51,809 nucleotides of DNA from an uncultured Candidatus Saccharibacteria bacterium. Its GTDB lineage: Bacteria > Patescibacteriota > Minisyncoccia > Minisyncoccales > GWA2-38-27. Shown in pieces: positions 33,511-40,175 of this stretch (positions are counted from its first letter, which is position 1; each line of letters starts with the position of its first letter). The DNA lies in contig CAYXZK010000021.1 of the NCBI GenBank assembly GCA_964469955.1, positions 1-51,809 on the forward strand, written 5' to 3'. Made by a program: the position numbers and the translations under genes. The notes under the pieces were generated by a model. That model had not been told where the DNA came from and did not search any database. It was given only the letters and a program-made list of their open reading frames with translations.

Positions 33511-34857
33511 CTATAATTCTTCTGTAGGCAAACCAGCGGGTGGCTGACCTTTTTTAGCTTCAATCCGAGAAACAGAAGGGGCAGAAGAAACTTCTTGTCC
33601 TGAAAAATGAAACAATGTAGCCAATTCTTCGCTATTTAAGATAAAAGTTCCACCCGACCGAGGAAAATAAAGACTTACCCTTGATTTATATTTTCTGAAG
33701 ATAGCTCTTTTTCTTAAATAAATTCTTCTTTTCCTAACAAGGTTTATTGGCAAAAACAAACTTCTGTTAACTCTCGTCATAGAAGGATTTCCAACAGGCC
33801 TTAACCCATTAAGATTACGAGTGCTAAAAGAATTAAAAAAACCAAAGCCAAGCTTAAAATTAGGAGTGTAAAAAACGCTTCTTTTTCCGAGATAAATAAA
33901 CCTAATGTTGGTTATAAAACCCATTTTGGAAATTTTATCTTCTACTCCCGCGATAACATCCCTTTCCCCTGGGGTAAGTTTCATTTCAACCGGAATAGAA
34001 TCTTCTTTTTCTTCCTTGGCTTCTCCAGCTACTTTTCCGCTTATCAAAACATCAATGGCTTCTGAAATTATTGATTTCCGAGGAGCTGGTTTTTTTGTTC
34101 TTCTTGCCAATTCATCTCTTAGTTTTTTGCCTTCTTTTATCCAGTCATCTGTTTTTTCGGGACCTGCTGTAATTTGGACCCAAAATTGCTCGCCTGGTTT
34201 TATTTTTGCCATCCCTTCCAAAAGACCCGCCAAAGGATCAATTTTCTTTTCTTCTTTGGTTTCTTTTTCTGTTTCAAATTTCTTATATGTTTTGATTGGA
34301 TAGGCGTCTTCTTTAAGAAGTTGATAATCGCATCCCCAAAGATCCCAATCTTTATTCGGAATATCAGCAGGAACATGTTTGGTATAGTCGTCTACCACTG
34401 AAATTTCTACTTCAGGATATTGAGAATAAATAAGGGATTCAATCGGATCTTTCTTTTCTTTTGGAATTCTAAGGAAAAAATGGACATCTCCGCCAATTGA
34501 TGCTATTTCAAACGAACAAGAAAGTTGCAAAACTCCTGAAACCCATTTCTTCCAAGAATTGATTGGCTCAAAAAACACCTGATAAATACCTTCCATAACT
34601 GTTTCCATAGCCCTGATCGGCTTTAAAATTTCTTTTGGGATTTTAACTTCTAACAAAATTATTGTTTGTTTTCCAAACCAAACATCTATTCCTCTCCACC
34701 ACAGCCAAAGAAAAGAAAAAAACTTCCACAAAATAAAGGGAAGCGGTAGCCACCACCAGGATTTAATAAAACCCCAAATAGGTGAAAATATTTCAGAAAA
34801 AATAGGATTTAAAAAATTGAATAAGTCTAAAATTTGAGGAGGGAAAAAATCAACCAT
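33511..34857 (-). CDS. Membrane protein of unknown function, partner of the coupling-protein-like ATPase
   Basis: 448 aa. N-terminal Trp-rich TM hairpin (SWWWLPLPFILWKFFSFLWLWW), then a soluble domain. It ends 37 nt upstream of the ATPase gene. Confidence 0.65.
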   Translation of the reverse strand: MVDFFPPQILDLFNFLNPIFSEIFSPIWGFIKSWWWLPLPFILWKFFSFLWLWWRGIDVWFGKQTIILLEVKIPKEILKPIRAMETVMEGIYQVFFEPINSWKKWVSGVLQLSCSFEIASIGGDVHFFLRIPKEKKDPIESLIYSQYPEVEISVVDDYTKHVPADIPNKDWDLWGCDYQLLKEDAYPIKTYKKFETEKETKEEKKIDPLAGLLEGMAKIKPGEQFWVQITAGPEKTDDWIKEGKKLRDELARRTKKPAPRKSIISEAIDVLISGKVAGEAKEEKEDSIPVEMKLTPGERDVIAGVEDKISKMGFITNIRFIYLGKRSVFYTPNFKLGFGFFNSFSTRNLNGLRPVGNPSMTRVNRSLFLPINLVRKRRIYLRKRAIFRKYKSRVSLYFPRSGGTFILNSEELATLFHFSGQEVSSAPSVSRIEAKKGQPPAGLPTEEL

Positions 34858-34998
34858 ATGTCAACTAGCACTGAACAACGCGCGTTTAAAAAATTAATAG
34901 ACAGCGCGAAGCAAACAATGTTTGTCTGCAGAAACTATGTTTTTTAGTAAAATGTCTGCAGAAAAATTAATGTTAAAATGTTAAAATACTTAAATGCC

Positions 34999-36045
34999 TT
35001 ACGCTTCTCTCACCGTATACCTCCCTTTTGAATCTTTTAAAAAATATGCTTGGTTTTGTAAATTCAAAAAAATGGTGTTTTCCTTTACAATTCTTTGCTT
35101 TGAAACCTTTTCTACGATTTCTTCTTTTCCTAAGGGAAATTTTGATTCTTTTAGAACTTTCAAAATTATATCTTTAACCGTTCCAAGGTCATAGCCCCAT
35201 TCCCCTAACGCGTAAATGCCTCTACCAACTAAAACGAAACGGGGATCTTTTATCAATTCATTGTGAATTGTAGCCGTGTTTATTTCTTTTTTTTGCAAAA
35301 AAGAAGAATTTTTCATAAAATCAGCTATTTGACTGAAATGTAAAGGCTTGTTGTTTCTTTTTAAAACCAAGTAAGCTCTATCTTTTGCTCCATGCGGATT
35401 AATTTCTATCCAATCTTTTAAGCCAAATTTATTTTCAGAATTCATCTTGATCTCTTTCGAAATTTCTAAATAAGAATTAAAAATATCTTTATTTATTTTT
35501 TTGTTAGAAATTTTATAAACTTCCGGTTTTTGAATTTTAAAAAATTCATCTAACCCAAAAAGCGTTTTTTTTAATCTAAGCTTTTTAATGCTTGAATTTA
35601 CAATTTTCTTAGCAATTTCCACAGATTTCTTATCTCTAACCCAAAAAGAATGAAAAGTCTGATTTGTTGGAAATTTTTCAAAATCGCTCGCAATGGTTAA
35701 TAAGAAAAAAATATTATTTTGAAACTTTTTCCCACCCAAAAAACTGAGCAGACTATCCTCTTTTTTTATGTCTCCAAAAGATTTGAGAACGTCGTCAAAG
35801 TATTGAAAAACATCTTTATATTTTTTTGTATTCGCATGAATTTTAGAGAATCCCTCTTTTTCTATCTGGCGAACACGTTCTCTTGTGATACCGTAACTTT
35901 TACCAATAGATTCTAATGTTTCCCTCTCTCCGTTTTTTAGACCAAAACGTTTTTCAATAACATCAACTCCCCTCGTCGGTATACCTTCTAAAAGCTTTGA
36001 ACAAATTTTTTGGTAGTTAAATTTCATATTATTATATTTAAACAT
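34999..36045 (-). CDS. Sigma-70 region 4 HTH plus HARE-HTH domain DNA-binding protein
   Basis: N-terminal ETLESIGKSYGITRERVRQIEKEGFSKI (sigma region 4.2-like). C-terminal HFSQIADFM...IHNELIKDPRFVLVGRGIYALGEW (HARE-HTH-like). ATG 36027 (M7) is an alternative start. Confidence 0.7.
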   Translation of the reverse strand: MFKYNNMKFNYQKICSKLLEGIPTRGVDVIEKRFGLKNGERETLESIGKSYGITRERVRQIEKEGFSKIHANTKKYKDVFQYFDDVLKSFGDIKKEDSLLSFLGGKKFQNNIFFLLTIASDFEKFPTNQTFHSFWVRDKKSVEIAKKIVNSSIKKLRLKKTLFGLDEFFKIQKPEVYKISNKKINKDIFNSYLEISKEIKMNSENKFGLKDWIEINPHGAKDRAYLVLKRNNKPLHFSQIADFMKNSSFLQKKEINTATIHNELIKDPRFVLVGRGIYALGEWGYDLGTVKDIILKVLKESKFPLGKEEIVEKVSKQRIVKENTIFLNLQNQAYFLKDSKGRYTVREA

Positions 36046-36087
36046 TTTTTAATATCATTGTCAATCACAAATGGGGATAATTGGTTT

Positions 36088-36987
36088 CTACTTACGCCTT
36101 CTGTTTATTCTCTCAAACCAAGTCAAGAGAAGAGAGCTTGCTAAGAAAAAAGAAGAATAAGTTCCAGCGATAATACCTAAAGATAAAGCTAAAGCGAAAT
36201 ATTTAAGAGTTTCTCCTCCTAAGATAAAAATTGCCAAAACAACAAATAAAGTGGTCAAAGAAGTATTAATCTGACGCGCCAAAGTTTGATTCAAACTTTT
36301 ATTAATAACATCTTCGAAGATGCCAGCGCCTGTTGAAAGATTTTCCCTTATCCTATCAAAAACCACAACCGTGTTATTAACAGAATAACCTAAAACGGCT
36401 AAAAAAGCTGTTATAACAGGAATAGTAATTTGCACTCCATAAAATTTTCCCAAAACAGAAAAAATCCCTAAAGGAATAAGAATGTCATGGAAAAGAGCTA
36501 AAAGACTGACTATACCGTATTGCCATGACACTAAAGGTCTTTGAACTTTCCTAAAAGCGAAAGCAATATATAAAACTATTGAGAGCAAAACAAGAATTAC
36601 GACAATTTTCGTTTTTTCTTTGAGTTCTGTGCCAATTACGGGGCCAATTGATTCAAAACGTTTTTCCTCTACGCTTTCTGCTTTTTCCTGTCTAAGTTTT
36701 TCTAAAATTTCCTGGTGCTTTTCTTCGCTAATATTTTCAAATTTCAAAATAACCCCATTGTTATTAGTTGGTTGGACAGAAACATTAAACAATTCAATTT
36801 CATTTAATAAATTTAATATTTCCTGGTTTGAAGGCCTGTCTGCCTTATATTCTATCTCCAAAATACTACCACCAGTGAAATCAATTCCAAGGTTAAAGCC
36901 AAAGACAACAAAAGAAACAATGCTTGCCAAGATTAAAACACTAGAAAAGGTAAAATAAATTTTTCTATATTTTGTAAAAGAAATCAT
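36088..36987 (-). CDS. secF: Protein translocase subunit SecF
   Basis: 299 aa. GIDFTGGS motif and a 6-TM layout. Directly downstream of secD. Confidence 0.9.
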   Translation of the reverse strand: MISFTKYRKIYFTFSSVLILASIVSFVVFGFNLGIDFTGGSILEIEYKADRPSNQEILNLLNEIELFNVSVQPTNNNGVILKFENISEEKHQEILEKLRQEKAESVEEKRFESIGPVIGTELKEKTKIVVILVLLSIVLYIAFAFRKVQRPLVSWQYGIVSLLALFHDILIPLGIFSVLGKFYGVQITIPVITAFLAVLGYSVNNTVVVFDRIRENLSTGAGIFEDVINKSLNQTLARQINTSLTTLFVVLAIFILGGETLKYFALALSLGIIAGTYSSFFLASSLLLTWFERINRRRK

Positions 36988-37015
36988 ATAATTAATCGTT
37001 TTAACATTTAAATAT

Positions 37016-38416
37016 TTAACGCCAGAACCATTTTATTTTTTCAAATCTTGTGCCTGTAAAAATTAGCAAGAAACTTCTTGTAATTAAAATTGCCGACAAC
37101 ATACTTAATATAATTCCAATAAATAAGGTCAACGCGAATCCTTTAATAAAACTTGTTCCAAACAAAAACAAAATCAAAGCGACTACAAGCGTAGTAATGT
37201 TTCCGTCTCTAATAGAGGGCCAACTTCTCTTAAACCCTTCTTTAAGAGCTATGCTAAAAATTGCTTTTTCTTTTAGTTCTTCTCGCATCCTGGAAAAAAT
37301 TAAAATATTAGCGTCAACCGCCATTCCAATAGACAAAATAATTCCCCCTACTCCCGCCAAAGTTAATGTAATTGGAATCAATTTTACTAAGCTTAAAACA
37401 AAACTAATATATATAAATAAAGAGATAGATGCTAAAATTCCCGGAACTCTATAAAAAATTATTAGAAATAAAATTATCGCCAAAAACCCAAACATCCCCG
37501 CTATTAAGCTTTTATTTAAAGAGTCTTTTCCTAATGTCGCTCCAACCGTTTGTTGCGAAATTAATTCCACTGAAACGGGCAAGGCTCCCGCGTTAAGGTT
37601 TCTAACAAGTTCTTTGGCTTCGTCTAATGTAAAATTACCTGTAATTTGAGCTCTTCCGCCTGGAATTTTTTCTTGGACAATTGGAGTAGAAATAGGAAGA
37701 TTATCAATATAGATCGCCAATATCTTTCCAGTATTATTTGTTGTTAATTCTTCAAAAATTTCTGAACCCTCCTTGTTAAATTGCAAAGAAATTATAGGTT
37801 CATTGGTAGTTTGACTAAAACTCAATTGCGCTTCTTCCAAATATTGGCCTGTTAAAATTGTTGATTTAAAATACGGATCTTCGAGAGCTAATTGCCAATC
37901 TTCTATCACCTGTATTTCTTCAAAACTTTTCCCTTCGATCTCTTTTTGCTTATCAATAATTTTCTGGGTTTCTTCTTCTGTTTTTTGCTCTCTGAATTCC
38001 AAAAAAGGAGTTTCCCCAATCATTTTAATTGCTTGAGCGGGATCTTTTATTCCAGCTAATTCAATTATAAGCCTATAAGAATCTAAAGAACCTTGAACCT
38101 GAATTACAGGTTCTTCTACTCCAAAAAAATTGACACGTTTCTCAATTACATCTTTCAATCCTTGCATCGCTGAACCATAGTTCTCTTTTTTAATATTGGA
38201 TAAATCAGCTTCATAAACGAGATGAACCCCGCCTTGTAAATCCAGTCCTAATTTAAAAGGAACTTCCCAAAAATAAGGAACATGCGAATTTAGTTTCGCG
38301 TTTAAAAAATCAACACCTTGGTTAAAATACTTTGGATAGCTTAAATTTCCAGCTAAAAAAGCAAAAATTAAAACAAAAAATAAAATTATATAGGTTTTTT
38401 TCTTTTTCATTATCAT
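37016..38416 (-). CDS. secD: Protein translocase subunit SecD
   Basis: 466 aa. LGLDLQGGVHLVYE motif, a large periplasmic-type domain, and a C-terminal 5-TM bundle. Confidence 0.9.
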   Translation of the reverse strand: MIMKKKKTYIILFFVLIFAFLAGNLSYPKYFNQGVDFLNAKLNSHVPYFWEVPFKLGLDLQGGVHLVYEADLSNIKKENYGSAMQGLKDVIEKRVNFFGVEEPVIQVQGSLDSYRLIIELAGIKDPAQAIKMIGETPFLEFREQKTEEETQKIIDKQKEIEGKSFEEIQVIEDWQLALEDPYFKSTILTGQYLEEAQLSFSQTTNEPIISLQFNKEGSEIFEELTTNNTGKILAIYIDNLPISTPIVQEKIPGGRAQITGNFTLDEAKELVRNLNAGALPVSVELISQQTVGATLGKDSLNKSLIAGMFGFLAIILFLIIFYRVPGILASISLFIYISFVLSLVKLIPITLTLAGVGGIILSIGMAVDANILIFSRMREELKEKAIFSIALKEGFKRSWPSIRDGNITTLVVALILFLFGTSFIKGFALTLFIGIILSMLSAILITRSFLLIFTGTRFEKIKWFWR

Positions 38417-38554
38417 CGCGCTAATAGTTTGTAAGTTATTTTTTATTGGCCAAATCTTTTAAAATTGAACAAAATATTCAAAACTTTAAATTTGAAATAA
38501 TCGCATTAAGAAGGCGAAATCGCCAAATAATTTTTTACTTTAGCACAAATTTTC

Positions 38555-39199
38555 CTAAACGAGAAGAGCAGATATAATCCCTGTTAAAAATATTCCGTCG
38601 AAAACCCCTGCTCCTCCGATTGAAATCAACCCAGAATTCATTTTTCTAGCTTTGTTCAGATTTAAAAGATCGCCTCCAATTAAAATTCCTAAAACACCGG
38701 AGATAAAAGCGCAAGGCGCCATAAAACCTGGAGCCAAAATTACGGCAAACAGAATCGCAAAAAGAGGAGGAATAAAAGCATTCATTACGATTCCTTTACC
38801 TTGAACAGGTTTTGCTAAAATTTTAGAAACAATAATCATTAAAAAAATAGCGCTCAAAACAGGCGCTAAAGGAACTTTTGTTAGAAAGTAAAGAGAGATA
38901 AGGACTGGTATAATAGCTCCCCCCAAATTAACCGCTACCATTGAAACTCTTGGAGCGCGTTTTTTGAACAATCCAAAGAAATAGGATTTATCGACGTAAA
39001 CAATTTCTCTCTTTGTCAAAGGAATATTTATAACAGAACCCAAAAGTATTAAAAAAAGAATTAAAACAGTAGTATTCGCAGAAAAGCCCAAGTTTTCAAA
39101 GCCAAAAGCAATCAATTTTAAAAAAGCCAGTAAAAACAAAACAGGCAGGAATAGGACAAAAAGAATAAAAATTAAAATAGCAACCGGAATTGAAAGCAT
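38555..39199 (-). CDS. Polytopic membrane protein of unknown function
   Basis: 214 aa, almost entirely hydrophobic helices. I could not assign a family with confidence. Confidence 0.55.
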   Translation of the reverse strand: MLSIPVAILIFILFVLFLPVLFLLAFLKLIAFGFENLGFSANTTVLILFLILLGSVINIPLTKREIVYVDKSYFFGLFKKRAPRVSMVAVNLGGAIIPVLISLYFLTKVPLAPVLSAIFLMIIVSKILAKPVQGKGIVMNAFIPPLFAILFAVILAPGFMAPCAFISGVLGILIGGDLLNLNKARKMNSGLISIGGAGVFDGIFLTGIISALLV

Positions 39200-39217
39200 A
39201 AATTTATTCGTATTAAC

Positions 39218-39364
39218 AACCAGCCATTGTTAGCCAATAGCTGACCACCAATTGGCCATCGTCCCTGGTTGGCCATCCCTGGTTGGCCATCGCATGGCCA
39301 ACTATTTATTAATTACTAATCCCTAGTTGGCCATCCTGGTTGGCCATCGCATGGCCAACTAGCC
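39218..39364. repeat. REP-like palindrome cluster 3 (inverted orientation), overlapping the RAYT 3' end
   Basis: Perfect GTTGGCCATCGCATGGCCAAC at 39282-39302 and 39339-39359, each preceded by a GGTTGGCCATCC half-site. These form two ~45-nt composite units. Confidence 0.9.
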
Positions 39365-40007
39365 AGTTTGAAAAATGTTTTTTAAACGATTCTTGACTCG
39401 GAAGAAATAATTTATTAAATAATTCTTTGTTGATAATAAATATTAAATCATTTTTCCCAAGAATATTTAAATAACTTGACCAAGTATAGTCCTCCAAAAA
39501 TTTTTCTACTTTTTTAATATTTTTTATGCCGTCTTCTTTCCAATTTCTCTCTATTAATTTAACTGGATTTGAAAAAATATAATAAGGCAAATAAATAAAG
39601 TGATCTTCTTGTTTAATTGGAATTATTTTTGATCTGCCTTGAAATAAAACTCCGCTTCTTTCGTTTTTTAAATTAAAATACTGCGTATATCCACCACTTA
39701 TTTTTTTAGAAAATATACTCGCGCCACCATCAATCTTTTCTTGAACTAAAATATGATAATGGTTAGACATCAGACACCAGCACAAAACATCTACTAACTT
39801 TTTTTTGTTTGTTGGCCATTGATTGGTTGGCCATCGCATGGCCGACCAATCTTTAGGATTATGTCGCTTATTAAAAGGCATTACAGTATCATTTTGATCG
39901 TTAAAATCATAAAGATTATATGCAAAACGCAAATAGTCTTCTTTATTAAGAAATATATTTCTTTTTTCTACTCCTCTATTTAAAATATGAAAAAAATCTC
40001 CTTTCAT
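39309..40007 (-). CDS. rayT: REP-associated tyrosine transposase (RAYT) / IS200-like Y1 HUH transposase
   Basis: FHILNRG N-terminus, HUH motif (LMSNHYHILV), Tyr region (GGYTQYFNLKNERSGVLFQGRSK), and YIFSNPVK. No tnpB partner. Flanked by REP arrays in opposite orientations. Confidence 0.8.
   Translation of the reverse strand: MKGDFFHILNRGVEKRNIFLNKEDYLRFAYNLYDFNDQNDTVMPFNKRHNPKDWSAMRWPTNQWPTNKKKLVDVLCWCLMSNHYHILVQEKIDGGASIFSKKISGGYTQYFNLKNERSGVLFQGRSKIIPIKQEDHFIYLPYYIFSNPVKLIERNWKEDGIKNIKKVEKFLEDYTWSSYLNILGKNDLIFIINKELFNKLFLPSQESFKKHFSNWLVGHAMANQDGQLGISN
39811..39850. repeat. REP-like element embedded in-frame inside the RAYT coding sequence
   Basis: GTTGGCCATTGATTG plus GTTGGCCATCGCATGGCCGAC (39826-39846). 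It encodes ...DWSAMRWPTNQWPTN.... Confidence 0.85.
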
Positions 40008-40040
40008 ATCTCTTATTGTACTACATCTATTATACTACAT

Positions 40041-40170
40041 CGATTGGCCATGTTGGTTAGCCATGTTAGTTGGCCATGCGATGGCCAACTAACCTTATTA
40101 TATTACAACGGTTGGCCATGCGATGGCCAACCAACGATGGCCGACCAATGGCTAATTAATAACCGACCAA
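40041..40170. repeat. REP-like palindrome cluster 4 (upstream of RAYT, downstream of secA)
   Basis: Perfect GTTGGCCATGCGATGGCCAAC at 40069-40089 and 40111-40131, plus half-sites (ATTGGCCATG, GTTAGCCATG, ATGGCCGACC). Confidence 0.9.
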
Positions 40171-40175
40171 ATAAT

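Noticed and set aside
31839-34857. Whether the VirD4/TraD-like ATPase marks an integrated conjugative element or prophage.
   Set aside because: - No relaxase, VirB4, integrase, or portal/terminase/capsid genes occur in the window.
- No flanking direct repeats are visible.
- The gene is translationally coupled to pgk within a housekeeping operon.
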